Assembly: GCA_010093605.1 (NCBI GenBank)
Contig: MU004183.1
Location: 1,736,001 to 1,800,000 of the forward strand
Direction: 5' to 3'
DNA: 64,000 nucleotides
DNA from: Lophium mytilinum
Taxonomy: Eukaryota
Translations under genes and position numbers: made by a program
The notes under the pieces: model-generated
What the model was told of the DNA's origin: nothing
Database searches by the model: none
Seen by the model: the letters and a program-made list of their open reading frames with translations, nothing else
In this document: positions 51,060 through 63,969 of the stretch, in pieces
Layout of the letters: each line of letters begins with the position of its first letter
Numbering within the stretch: the stretch's first letter is position 1

Positions 51060-53214
51060 ATGTCGAAGGAGTACGAAGCTGGCGTGGAAGGGGAGGGCCC
51101 TGTAGGCCAGCATCATCCCGATGATGAGGTCCTGCTTACCGGCGCGACAAGCCCGGGCGTGAAGCGCATTGAGGCGATTGCGGCGCATATTACGCTCGTG
51201 GATCGCGTGTGTTTGTTTATTGGCGTGTTCTTGATTGCCTATGTTTACTCGCTGGATGGGACGTTGAGATATGTTTATCAGGTCAGTTTTACCGTACTTC
51301 TTGGTTCCGCCAGGGGTTTTTGCCGAGATCGCTGTACCAAACTCCTTCTACCAAACTTTTTCTACCATTCTACTGGCTTGCTCTTTCCTGGTCTCCTTTC
51401 CATGTCCTAGTTTTGCTTTTCAACGGATTGAGACTTACCATGAATAGCCGACTGCTACAGCCAGCTTTGCCCAGCATTCGCTTCTGGCTACGGTGACGGT
51501 TCTGAGGAGTGTCATTGCTGCTGCTGCTCAGCCTACTGCTGCGAAGATTGCCGATGTGTTCGGCAGAGTTGAGCTGGTGCTGGTTTCGATCGTGTTCTAT
51601 GTTATCGGTATGAATTTCTCCCATCTCCAGAAGCTTCAGTGCTGATGAAATCACGAAGGAACCATCGTCGAGGCAACTTCCACTGGCGTCAAGTCTTTCT
51701 GTGCAGGTGCTGTCCTCTATCAGGTACGGATCCACTGGCTCAACCCCGGAAATGCCGAGTCCCTGAACCATGAACCAAATCTGACGAAACCATTAGGTCG
51801 GATACACTTGTGTTATTCTCTTGGTTGAAGTCATCGTCGCAGATATCACTTCTCTCAAGACTCGCGTGTTCTTCTCTTACATACCCACGACTCCGTTCAT
51901 TGTATGTATTCGATTCATGGAATTCCTCAACGTACAACTAACTTGTACAGATCAACACCTGGGTCAGCGGAAATATAGGATCAGCGACTCTGGCTAACGC
52001 AGGATGGCGATGGGGTATTCGATCTCACTCCCAAGACCTTATTGCCTGTCACTAACGATTTCCAAGGCATTGGCATGTGGGCCATCATATACCCTGTTTC
52101 AGCAATTCCCCTCATCTCCGCCCTCTGGGTCGCTCACCGCCGTGCAAAGCACTCCAACGACCTCGACAGCTACCGGACCCCCTACCAAATGCTCGGCTTC
52201 AAGCGCCTCTGCGTTTCCCTCTTCTGGCAACTCGACGTCGTCGGCATAATCCTTCTCATCGCCGTCCTCGCCCTCATACTCGTCCCTCTAACCATCGCCG
52301 GCGGCTACTCCACCAAATGGCAAACCGCCCATGTCATCGCACCCCTCGTAATCGGCATCCTCTGCATCCCCGCCTTCGTCTGCTGGGAGCGCTGGTCCCC
52401 CCACCCCCTCGTCCCCTTCCGCCTCCTCAAAGACCGCGCAGTGTGGGGCGCCCTCGGCATCGCCGTCATGCTCAACACGGCCTGGTACCTGCAAGGCGAC
52501 TACCTCTACACGGTAACCATCGTCTCCTTCGGCGAGAGCATCAAATCCGCGACCCGCATCACCTCCCTCTACAGCTTCGTGTCCGTCATCACGGGCGTCA
52601 TCCTCGGCCTCGTCGTCGTCAAAGTGCGCCGCCTCAAACCCTTCATCCTCTCCGGCACCGTCCTCTTCCTCGTCGCCTTCGGCATCCTCATTTACTTCCG
52701 CGGCGGCTCCGCCGGCTCCTCCCACTCCGGCCTCATCGGCGCCCAGGTCCTGCTCGGCATCGCCGGCGGCCTGTTCCCCTACCCGGCCCAAGCCTCTATC
52801 CAGGCCGCCACACGCCATGAGCACGTCGCCGTCATCACGGGGCTGTATCTCGCCTGCTACAGCATCGGGTCCGCGTTTGGGAATACCATCTCCGGCGCTA
52901 TCTGGACCCAGGTCTTGCCGCACCAGCTCAAGACGCACCTCGGCGGGAACGACACGCTTGCGGAGGGCGCGTACGGCTCCCCGTTTATGTTTGTGGTTAA
53001 CTATACCATGGCGACGCCGGAGCGCCAGGCGGTGGTTGGCGCGTATCGGTATACGCAGCGCTTGCTGTGTATCACGGGGATTTGTCTGTGTGTGCCGCTG
53101 ATTGCGTTTGCGTGCTGTATTCGCGATCCGATACTCGGGGATGAGCAGAGTTTGCCGGATGCGGAGACGAAGAGTGTGGAGGGGTCGGAGGGAGGGAAGG
53201 AGGAGAAGAAGTAG
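51060..53214 (+). CDS. Siderophore-iron transporter (SIT/ARN family MFS, Sit1-like); multi-exon
   Basis: [72 protein letters not shown] and [15 protein letters not shown]. Confidence 0.94.
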
Positions 53215-53295
53215 AAGGTTGAGGGAAGAAAGAGGAGAGGGGGGGCAGAGGAAGTAGAGCTCCCGTGATATGTTCCAGGTTTCCACACTTTTTAC

Positions 53296-55970
53296 AGATC
53301 TTGATAAAGCGTTGAAGTACTTCAAGCAGCGGTAGAAAGGTGTATATAAGTATACCTATATTTGAAATCTTTAAAAGCATGCTGAAGTCTTGTGAGCGGT
53401 GTTGAACGACTGAGCGGTGTTGCGCGACTGTGCATAGATGTAGTGGAGGATGCTTAAGGATCCATGTGCTCAACCAACGTAAAGCCACCAATTGACAGTC
53501 CAGCAGCCGCAGTACCCACCCTTCGCGATCCAAGACTGAAGAAATAAGCAGAGTATGCCGAATACGGAGGGCAAGGGGGTGGAGGATGCCTCAAGATCCA
53601 CATTCTCAGATCGCGTCTTTCCCATCATCTAGCTCAGCTACAAGCCATACGCGTCGGAGTCACTCCATCAAGCCCCAAAATAAAAGGGAGATTGCACCCT
53701 ACCGCTCAAACCGTCCCGTTTCGGTCTAAACCCCTACCTAACCGTGGATGATATTGAACTCACACCTATATTCGAGAGACCCTTCGGGCTAGGCACATGC
53801 AACGAGACCAGGAATCCTATCACCCTTTATATTCTGGATGAATGAGATAGAATACTGCATTGCAAGAGCTATCTGACTGCATATTCGAGGGTCCGTTCTC
53901 GGGCTTCTCCGCGTGCTCAAGGATTCATATATTTTGGGACAATGAAAAGGTGCTGCTCCGTATTCAGCCGAGATGAATCTATAGTCCAATCCGCTGCTTC
54001 TTTAGGGGATAATGCAGATTTTGCCCGGTGCAGAGGGCGAGGGGGTGAAAAGAGAAGGAGTAGAAGGTGGAGGAGCAATAAGTGGATAGATAGTATCTAA
54101 TATTGTTTCAGTAGAGGGGGAAGAGGGAGCAAAGGTCTTACATTACGGTTAAGGCTTCTGCATATTGATTACCGCGCTAGGCCACCGGATGCATCCAGGT
54201 GCTGTAGAGTACTATTCCATCTCAAGTACTGCACCTCCGTATGCTTGTGGATTCATCCTGGCCCGCAGAGTACTATTCCATCTCGGGTACTGCTCCTCCG
54301 TATCCTGCCCGAGATATCCCAATCCCACAAGCATACCCAATTCCACCCCATTTAGAATCATGATAGTCGCAGTATTCGCCTTTACCGCTTTCCACGCCAA
54401 GGTCCGCTGTTAGTAGCCCGCAGATCCTTGGAGGGCAAAGAGGTTGGATGCGCCGGAGGTGAGAAGAGAAGAAGGAGTAGCAGATAAGGGAGCAGGGGGT
54501 AGAAGGGTGGATGGATAGGTGGTCTCTAACGCTGTTCTAGTAAAGGGGGTCGAGCAAAAATCCTACAACATGGTTAAGACTTTTCCATTTGATCCAAAAT
54601 TTCGATATCGCGTTGGAGTCCTCTTTACGGTGCTGAATAACTCTACACAAATAGCAGTCTGCCTTGATTTCGTAGAATACATTGGAGTCCTCCAAACACT
54701 ACCAATCGACTGTGCACAGTTTAGCACTCTATCCAGATTTCGTACGCCCTGCCGGACTCCCCTAAACGAGTGTTGAATGAGTGTACACACATAGACTTGT
54801 TCCGTATCACGTACTGTTGACTCCCCCCTCCCCCTCCCCCACCCCCATGGTACTGTTCCGTATCAGGTATCGTTCCCCATCCTGCCCCGGTCACCACTCG
54901 CTGTGTGAAACCATGAAGAAGAAAGTGGTGTTTAACGCTGTTTAAGTAGAAGCTAAGCGCAGAGGGCCTGGGCTGGGTGATGGGGGGGCGGGTGTCGAGT
55001 TATACAACCACCTCAGACCTCTCTAGGGGCGACTGAAAGGGAACAAGGCTCCCATAACACATACAGTGTAAACTCCGTCCAACATCTCCATAATGCGTTG
55101 AAGCACTTTAAACACCGTTAGATAAGGGGATATACACCTATTTTCAGATCTTCCAAGCCATGTCAAAGTTTTTACAAGTGGTGTTGAATGACCGTGCACA
55201 GGTTAGTCCTCTGTCCAGACTTCGTACACCTTGTCGAAGTCCCCTAAACGGTGTCAAATGAATATACGCACATGAACGTATCCCGTATCACATACCGTTC
55301 CCCATCCAGCCCACGAAAGTTGCCAAGTCCACACGCATACCCAATTCATCCCGTAGTCGACCTATGTTAGTAGTCCAGCAGATCCACCACCCCCTCGTCA
55401 CCACTCGCTATGTGAAACCATACAGGAGGAGAAGGTGGTGTATAACGTTGTTGAAGTAGAGGAGGAGCGTGTAGGGGCCTCGGGGGGAGGGGGGTTGAGT
55501 TATATTACCCCCTCAATCCCTTGAAATACTTTAAATAGCATTAAACAAGGGTACACATACCTATACTCAAATCTTCGAAACCATGTTAAAGTCCTTCAAG
55601 CCGTGGCAAACAACCGTACGCACACAGCCGTCGTTTCCGATTTTTTGACACCACACCAAAGTCTTCCAAACGGTGTCACACAGCTGTACACACATGGACG
55701 TATTTCTAGGATCTCTTGAAAAACCCTGAAGTCCTCCAAACGATGTCAAACAACTGCAGACAGGTGTGCATAGAGAAGTTTATGATACTTGTGGATTCAT
55801 CTTGGCTCGTAGAGTACTTTCCGTCCTAAGTACTGCTCCGTATCCAGCCCCAGATATTCCAACCCCACAAGCATACCCAATTCCCACCCATGTAGAACCA
55901 TCATGGTCGCAGCATCCGCCTTTGCCGCTGTACTCGTCAAGGTCTGTTGTCAGTAGTCCAAAGTATCCAC
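53296..55970. repeat. Degenerate non-coding tandem/patchwork duplication (about 400-500 bp unit, about 4-5 copies)
   Basis: Homologous blocks 54240-54425 ~ 55786-55968; 54712-54812 ~ 55194-55295 ~ 55617-55700; 54890-54960 ~ 55397-55468; 53310-53400 ~ 55095-55180 ~ 55520-55605; 54050-54120 ~ 54465-54550. Confidence 0.8.
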
Positions 55971-56034
55971 CACGAAAGCCGTGCCCATCCTCCCTGTCAT
56001 CACGCTTGTGTATGGAACGCTAGACAATGCTCGC

Positions 56035-58723
56035 TTACCTCTTGAACCATTCATGCTTCAGAGCATCAGCAGCACTGATGCGCTTCTCCCATTTCAAGTC
56101 CAGACATTTCTCCAGCAGGTGGGTGAACGCGATGAGCTCCTTCGCATCGGGCTGGGTCTCCAAGCCGTTAGCGGCTGCCTTGACCATGTCCCGGAGAGAC
56201 CGCTTCTCGTACGGTTTGTTGAAGACCAACGTCTTGGAAACACGCTGTATAAAGTGAGACAAATGGACTGAATGGAGGGGACGGGGCGTTACCTTGCCAG
56301 GATTCATCGGGTCCTTTCCAATGCTCACGAACGACTCATCGTCATTGAAGTACCTTCCAGATTTTTCGCCCTTCTTCAGCTGCTTGAGAGGGAACTTGCC
56401 GCGGACCTCCATCATGGCTCGCAGCATCTGATTGTTGCTGTCGCCACGGAAGAGGATTTCTCCAGTCCAGAGCTCGAACAGCGTGCAACCCGCAGCCCAG
56501 ATGTCGATCGCGGAGGTGATGGAACCGCCCAGGATGATTTCCGGGGCCCTGTAGAAACGACTGACCAGGTAGTCACCGAGCTCAAGCGTCTCATGGGGCT
56601 CGCAAGCAGAGCCAAGATCACAAATCTTCAGTCCCTTGTGAGTGTCATTGACCAGAAGATTGTCGGGTTTGAAGTCCGCATGAATCAGTTCCTGCTTGTG
56701 CAGAAAGTCGAGGCCGATGAAGATTTGACGTGCGAAAGCCTTCACAGCCTCCAAAGCCAGACCGCCAGTTCCGCCATATTTCTTGAGAACCTCCCGAACA
56801 TTCATACTGTGTGGAATTAGCAATATAAGTGAAGTGAGAGTGGAGCCACGTACTCAAGGTTCTCGAAGACCAAGCAGAGATGCTTCTTGTGATCGAATTG
56901 ACCAAAGTAACGCACGATGTGTTTCTTGTCGGATGGATCTGCGGCGTTGACTTTCTCCAGGAAGCGGATCTCTTTCTGACCTATGTTCTTCCTTTCAAAG
57001 ATATTAGCTGAGAACTAGATGCGCACCGCCATGTTACTTACATAGTGTCGTTCTTGCGGATGATCTTGATCGCGACCATTCTTCCCTTGGTCTGTAAGTC
57101 CGTCGCTCGAATAACCCCGGAGAACATTCCTTTGCCAAGCTCTTGCTCGACAACGTAGCGGCCAGCCACAAGCTCTCCAACTCGGATGACGTAGTAGTTC
57201 TCTTGGTCGACCCACTTGCTCATCATGTTTTCCCCCAGGAGTTGAGGCTTAGTGGCACCCGAAGAAGCACGGCGAGTTTTGACGGGGGTTTCTGCAGCGA
57301 ACATATCATCGTCGTCACTGTCAGTATCCGCGAACATGTCGACATCGTCCTTTGAGTCATGACCGTCGTCTATCTTTTGAATGGTCTGTTGCTCCGCACG
57401 AAGTCTATCCTTCGCCTGGTCAACGGTTGGGTCGTAATCGGCTGCGGATGGGCCGTCATCTTCGCCGAGTGGGCTATACTCCTCGTCTGCTTTGGGAGGT
57501 CCGCCGTTCGCGTTGACGACGAAAACCGCAGGAGAGTTGGTTGCGTTCGATTCGCCTGGGGTTCCAGCACCTGGGGTTGCAGGAGAGACTGGCAAAACTT
57601 GTTTAGTGAGTTCATGTTCGTAGATATAGACTTGCTTACCAGAGCGATCAGTTCCATCAGCAGGAGTGCCAATTGCCGGAGAATCTGGGCCTGAAGTGCT
57701 ACCAAGTAGAGCCTGCTGAATCAATGGCAGCTCTAGCTTCTTCGCCGCAGTTTTGGCTAGAAGGGCGGCTCGCTTGGCGCGACGCTTGGCGATTTCCGCG
57801 TCTTCATCGACGACGGGCAGGTTGTCGTAGTCAATATCTGGGTCCTCAGGCGGGTCGATGGTTGGCGGGGCACTGATCGCATCACCAGGCAGCTTGGCGT
57901 CTACACCCTTCGCGGGAAGATTCCTTACAGTATATTTGGCAGTCTCCTGTTGCGAGTGGCGAGGGTGGTTTTCAGCAGGTGATCGAAAGTTCTGAATATG
58001 CTGTTGGGTGTCACCCCGGTTGCTCACCGAAAGATCTCTGGAGTTTCGGCGGCTTCCGTCATTCTGCCAGCCATTGTGGCCTTCTTGTCCCATGGACGGC
58101 TCCCGCGAGTTCCGATAGTAGCCTCCGTTCTGTCCGTTGTTGTAGCCGCCTCCGTTCTGTCCGTTGGTGTAGCCGCCTCGGTTGCGATTGCCATTGTTGC
58201 CGTAACTGCCTTGGCCATATCTGTCGTACTGTCCATCACGTCCACGGCGATCCGAGCGACCACGATTGTTCGCGTTTCCAGCTCGGCCTGCGCGATTCTG
58301 GCGGCCATCGTTGTACTTGTCGCGGCCTCCACGGAAGCTGTCGGATTCTCCCTTGTCTATATCGGCGTAGGAAACTTGGTGGCGGCCGTTCATCTGTGGA
58401 GGGCGGCGATCTTCATCGTAATGGACCCTAAAGCGGCGGGAGTCCACACGGTCCTCGTCGCGGTAAGAGTGAGAGTCGCGAGGTCGCTTCTCTCCACGGG
58501 GGGATGTTGGATGTCTGTACGGGGACCTAGATCGTGACCTGGACTGATAACGCTCATACCGTCCATTGTAGGGCTTAGGAGAATGGGAGTTCGATGCGAG
58601 TCTGACGGAAGTATCAACATAGGTGTTGGAGGCAGGTTGAGAGAACACTTTTGCCTTATGTTCAACAGATCTGTCGACGATCCCACCGCCGGAGCCTGAG
58701 GTACGACGATCCATGGCGGACAT
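56035..58723 (-). CDS. PRP4: Pre-mRNA splicing Ser/Thr kinase Prp4 (PRPF4B); multi-exon
   Basis: RS-rich N-terminus; WVDQENYY..GELVAGRY..LGKGMFSGV, VAIKIIRKND, HADFKPDNLL, ICDLGSA and YLVSRFYRAPEIILG. Confidence 0.94.
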
Positions 58724-59548
58724 CTGGCACGAGTGCGGAATTGACGTTAGCGCAAGTCTCGAAGAAAGATGGGAGGCTCCTCAAGAGAAGCCGAACCAGT
58801 AAGTACCGTGTTGCCACTGTTCTCACAGGTCGCTCATGCGTACGTTTTTCGATCAGGAAGTTGAGGACATGAAGGAAGAAAGGGTTGTCGAGAAGGTGGT
58901 GGGGTGGAAGTGACGACAGTCGAGTGAAGTGAGGTGGTGCATGAAGTTGTCGTCGGCGGCCTGGCGCGCCAAGGCCGAGTCACGTGGTGCACGCCACTGT
59001 GTTCCACGTCTGTGTGCTGGTGCCTGAGCGTTCAGGCTGCAGTCCAGCTTCGACGAACTAGCCGTCTCATCAGACACAAAGCAAATCGGTTTCATGACTC
59101 CCAAGGAAATACATCTATTTCTTCTGGCTTCGATGTGTAGTTTGTAGAGGTTTAGATACTCACATTGCTAGTACCACAGTGTCACAGCAATCATCAAAGA
59201 GTAGAATGCATCAGACAACGTTCCAAGAGATTACTGTGCTTGTTAGCTGCAGTATATATTGTCTGGGCAAACTGCTATCCAATGGAACTGCTAGTTCTTG
59301 TTCAAGATACGTAGCCTACCAGTCTTGATCTTGAGACTTCTGCGAATCTTGGGATTTGAACAAATGTATGAACATACGTGTTTGGCGTGAGTAAGCCGGC
59401 TTTGTGAGCGTCATTAAACGTTCATCAACTCGAAGTGGAGGATTGGTATCGACGAACCCCTGTCTAGCTCCATCTAAATACTCCAATCTTCAACCTCACG
59501 AAAAAGATCCCCATCCATCACCTCTGCCTCTCCCTTTCCACAACGACC

Positions 59549-60585
59549 ATGAACGGCGTACCTGCCCGCCGGGCCACTTCCACCCTCCGCTCACTCCCCA
59601 GCAACCTCGCCAAGCGCTCCAATTCCTCAACACGCACGCATCCATTCAGCAGCACCCCCTTCCGCGCCGCCTACACACCCACCCCCCGAACCGCTGCCTC
59701 CTCGCCCACCGCCGCAAAACCGACCACCGCCTCCAATTCCTCCGCCATCCCCACCAGACTCGCTCCTAGACCCTCATCCTCAACCACAACCCCCCGGACA
59801 GCCGCCACCCCACCAACAACCCAGCGCTTCTCCCCCGTCGCCGCCGAACCCCCACCCCCAACCGCGCGCACCTCCGCCCTCGCCTCCGCCTCCAAGAACC
59901 AGCCCTCCCTCACCGACCTCAGCGCGGGGCTCTCAGACGCCCCAAAGTCGCCGACGGACGGCGACCTAACCGAGCCCAAAGCGAACACGGACTGGACAAC
60001 CTCCTACTCGGGACTTGGCGACGCGCGCTTCGAGCAGGGCGCCGTCGACGTGCTGCTCGCGCCCGTCAGCGAAGAGGACGTCGAGGTGAAGCCGGACGGG
60101 ATCCTGTACCTGCCCGAGATCAAGTACCGGCGGATTCTGAACCGCGCGTTTGGGCCTGGCGGGTGGGGGCTCGCGCCGAGGGGGGAGTCGATCGTGACGG
60201 GGAAGTTGGTGACGAGGGAGTATGCGCTTGTGGTGCAGGGGCGGTGAGTTGATCAATTTCTCTGGTAAATTTGAGAGATGGGGATGGAAACGCTAATAGA
60301 CTTCCTGTGTGTAGGCTGGTCTCTATCGCGCGCGGCGAGCAACAGTATTTCGACCCTGAAGGCATTCCGACTGCGACGGAGGGCTGCAAGTCTAATGCGC
60401 TGATGCGCTGCTGTAAAGACGTGGGGATTGCGAGCGAGCTGTGGGATCCGCGGTTTATTCGCAAGTTTTTGGCGAATTATACGAAGGAGGTTTGGGTGGA
60501 GCATCAGGCGACGAAGAAGAAGCGGAAGCTGGTGATTCGGAAGGATGATGTGGTGAAGTACCCGTTCAAGGAGACGAAGATGTAG
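59549..60585 (+). CDS. MGM101: Mitochondrial genome maintenance protein Mgm101; intron 60244-60315
   Basis: Basic S/T-rich presequence; [43 protein letters not shown] and [24 protein letters not shown]. Confidence 0.96.
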
Positions 60586-60917
60586 GATGGGTTTTCCAGA
60601 TGGAGGTGCTGGTGACTAGGGTGGCATTTGACAGGTAGGACGTTCGGAGTCTGCGATTGTATGGCATTCGGGATCTATAGATTGGATGTGGATTGCGGAT
60701 AGCATCCACTTCAGCTGTGTAAAAATCTGTATATTTGTATCATAGCTCTTTGGAGCATACCATTATACTCTGTCTAAATCAAGAAGTTTCACGTACGCCC
60801 GTCCGTTACAAACCCAAGGTGCCGGCGAGGCGACTAATTATCTATATTACCCATTTCATCCATCCATCCAATGCCGAAACACCAAACCCAAATGTCAATT
60901 GTATACTTTCCCTCTTC

Positions 60918-62119
60918 TTAATCCCTGGGATACGGGAGATCATACTCCGACGATGGCCTCCCCCTATCATACCCCGACGATGGCCTCCCCCCATCGTAAC
61001 CAGAAGACCTTGCGCCATCATACCCCGACGACCTGCCCCCCTCACGGCTCGAAGGCTTCTGGGCATGTACATCCCCATACGCCAAATCCTCAGGCTCGAC
61101 CGGCTTCTTCCCCGCCCAATTCCACGGCATCCAACCCCCCGGCTGCCCACTAACCCTCCTATACCCCGCCTCCGGCCTGCCCCCCAGGCCCTCCCTCTCC
61201 ACCTCATCCCTCTCAATCCGATCAAACTCCACCTCACTCCGACTCTTCGCGAGCCCGCGGTACCCCCCGTCCCTCGACTCCCGCTCCTCCGCCAACGACC
61301 CCTGCTCGCGATCAAACGCCTGCAGCAGCACCATCAACCGATTCCGCTGCGTCGCCAGATAACTCGCCCGCTGCTCCTCATCCAGCCCGGGTGGCACCAG
61401 ATTCCCACTCGCGCTCAGCTCCTCCGCCTGCGCCTCACGAGTCGTCCCACCAAACCCAGCCGTCGCTCCACTTAGCGTCTGCGAAATCAAGCCGTAGAAA
61501 TCCGTGTCCGCGCGCGCAGACGGCATGTTAAACCGCCCCATAAGGCTCTGCGCATAGCTCACTCCTCTGCGGGGTTCCGGCTCGGGCGCCTGCGGCGGCA
61601 GGCCCAACACGTTGACTTTCGCCCACTCGATGGCGAGCTTGAGGTAGGTGAAGCCGGCGGACTTTGCGCGCTCGTGCGCCGAGGTGATGAAGTCGTCGAT
61701 GGCGCGCTCGTGGTCGCGCAGGAAAGGGTCGATGTGGGTTTGGTAGAGGAAGCTGGCGCCCTGCGAGCCGGGCAGCACGAGGTAGAGGTGTGCGAACAGG
61801 CGGAACCAGGCGTAGAAAGGCACCCAGTCGAGGATGAAGGCGAAGGTGGATTCGAGGAGGTGGGCGAGGGTGAGGGTCACGAAGTACATGAGCCATGGGG
61901 CGAGTAGCGCGGGGTCGGAGGAGTGTAGCGCTTTGTAGGAGGCGAAGATGGGGAAGAGGATGGTGATGGTCGTGCTAGGGAGGGTTAGTGAGGGCTGCGG
62001 GAGGAGGATTGGGGTGAAGCTGAGGTCGTGGAGCTGTGGAGAGGTGCGAAAATGCACAATGGCGGGGTATGAGGGGTGCGGAGGACGTACTTGAGACCGT
62101 CGGCGATGAAGTCGAACAT
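60918..62119 (-). CDS. TB2/DP1/HVA22 (REEP) family protein with long C-terminal tail; one 5' intron
   Basis: MFDFIADGL|..ILFPIFASYKAL..LLAPWLMYFV..WVPFYAWFRL..YLVLPGSQGASFLYQTHIDPFL; C-terminal G(A/G)R(P)SSGYD repeats. Confidence 0.92.
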
Positions 62120-62754
62120 GACTGCGACCTGTGCTTCGTCGGCTTGGCTTTCGAAGCTGTTGGGATGGGAATAAAGGTGCGGACGAGGACAGGTGGATGA
62201 AGAAGAGTCGGGGTAGGCAGCTATGTGGTACGTAGTGGTCACGATGCTGTCGACAGCTTATTCTTATCGGCCCGCTAGCACGCCCGGCCTTTCTTTGTCC
62301 CCGCATTATAGGGCTGATGCTAATTTGGTAAGAGACCACTCCGAATCACCAAACCGTACTACGAGCATTATATGGTCACGTTTAGATTTGCACTATTTCC
62401 AGGGATTGTGTGCTCCTTGACAAAGCCTTGGACGGTCACACGTGCGAAAGCGAAGAACAGCGACTTGGGACCCATGATTCATTCCAGATATCTAACTCCT
62501 CTCCTCACGGTATCATGAGTTCCGCCTGTCCGTTGTCGTAATCGTACCAAAAACGCTTCAGCTCCATCTGCATGCTCAAAAACCGTATTCACAGCTCCAC
62601 GGATCGGTTGGTCTGGTGTCTTACGCAGGACCGCCCCTTCACAGCACTTATCTTAGCATTGTCCACTTGCGAGAGTGTCGAGAAGAGAAGAGGCCCGACC
62701 AAAGGAAACAGAGGTGGAGGAAGTAGTGACCGAGCATTAGGAGTAAAATTAAGC

Positions 62755-63309
62755 TCACTTCTTGCCTGACTTCTTGATGCCCTGGGTGCCCGTGTTCAGA
62801 GGGCCCTTCTTTCCCTTCAGGCCGCTGGCGAGTTCCTGGCGGGCTTTGGCATCTATGGTGATCGTTCGTGTTAGCTTCAAAGTATATGTAACTAGAAAGG
62901 CCTCTGTAGCAGGGTACGGAGCAATTCGACCACGGGCAGCGCTAAAACGTCGCAGCGACAGCTAGAGAAGACAGGCAAGGTGGTCCCCGTAAGTGAAGCG
63001 TCTACCGAGAAGCCTCTCGCACCCATCTAGTGCTCAGAGTCGAGGTTGGAGTGAGATATGTGATCATCCCACCGCTTCAACATCCGCAGCCTGCCCCGCG
63101 CACACGCAAGAAAGAGAGGGCAAAACGCACCAGCCTGTTGCTTCGCCTTGAAGGCCTTGTCGTCCTCGTCCTCCTCAGCGGCCGGCTTCTTCTTGGGCTT
63201 CTTGTTGTGGATTGGATTCGTACCAGCTGCAAAACAGGCGGCAGTCAGCGGGGCATTCCTTCACCCAGAATCTTCGCGGAATGAACGCACCTCCTTGACC
63301 GGACGGCAT
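62755..63309 (-). CDS. TMA7: Translation machinery-associated protein 7; 3 exons
   Basis: Spliced MPSGQG|..KKPKKKPAAEEDEDDKAFKAKQQA|DAKARQELASGLKGKKGPLNTGTQGIKKSGKK; not represented in the ORF track. Confidence 0.92.
62884..63100 (-). ncRNA. Candidate intronic snoRNA (H/ACA-like) in TMA7 intron 2
   Basis: 278-nt intron; stems GTGGGATG/TATCTCAC and GAGAGGCTTCT/AGAGGCCTTTC; ACA-TAT just upstream of the GCTAAC branch site. No canonical H box found. Confidence 0.45.
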
Positions 63310-63921
63310 GGCTGCAGCGGGATCTCAACTCGGGAACAGCTAAGGCGGGCAGGATAGACGAAGAGAGCGGGCCGGATCGCGAGAGATGTTCGGTGGTGGT
63401 TAAGGAAGAAGCGGAAAGCAGAGAGGACTTCTCCCTGGAGGCGCCTTACCTAGCGCGCTGTCTTTTAATGCGCCTCACCTCCGCCACTCCGCTGCCCCGC
63501 CACACGGCCCAGATTTCCACAGCGCCCTGGTCTTGCTCGTTTGGGCATCACGGCATCAGCCGTAGAGCCAGCCGGGAAGAAAGACGTACGAAGTACGTAC
63601 TTATCACCTCCAATTACTCCACTAATTCGTCCGCCTTGGCAAGACTATATATTGCGATCCAGGGCCTGCGTGCAGAGGCGAGTTGCTGTGTTTCAGGCTC
63701 TTTGTTTCACTGGTGGACGCTCTTTTATATCATGTTTGATACAATTCTTGCATAAATCAAAGGTTGCGTTAGCCTTGCATAACAGCGAAGGTACGCTAGC
63801 TTTTCGAGCCTCTTCTCTCACATTAGACGGACACCAAACCCAAACCTTTTCCCATTCCTGTTTCCCAAGAGCACCAAAAGGTATCAGACCATCATACACC
63901 AACCCAAAAGAAACCGTGGAC

Positions 63922-63969
63922 CCGCATTATCACCGCATAATCACCGCATTATCATCCGCATTATCATCC
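63922..63969. repeat. Short tandem repeat (CCGCATTATCA, 4 copies)
   Basis: ccgcattatca-ccgcataatca-ccgcattatcat-ccgcattatcat. Confidence 0.8.

Noticed and set aside
52288..53325. 345-aa antisense ORF and other long shadow ORFs (52077-52820, 60735-61475, 21345-21915)
   Set aside because: By-products of biased codon usage in the real overlapping genes; no domain signal.
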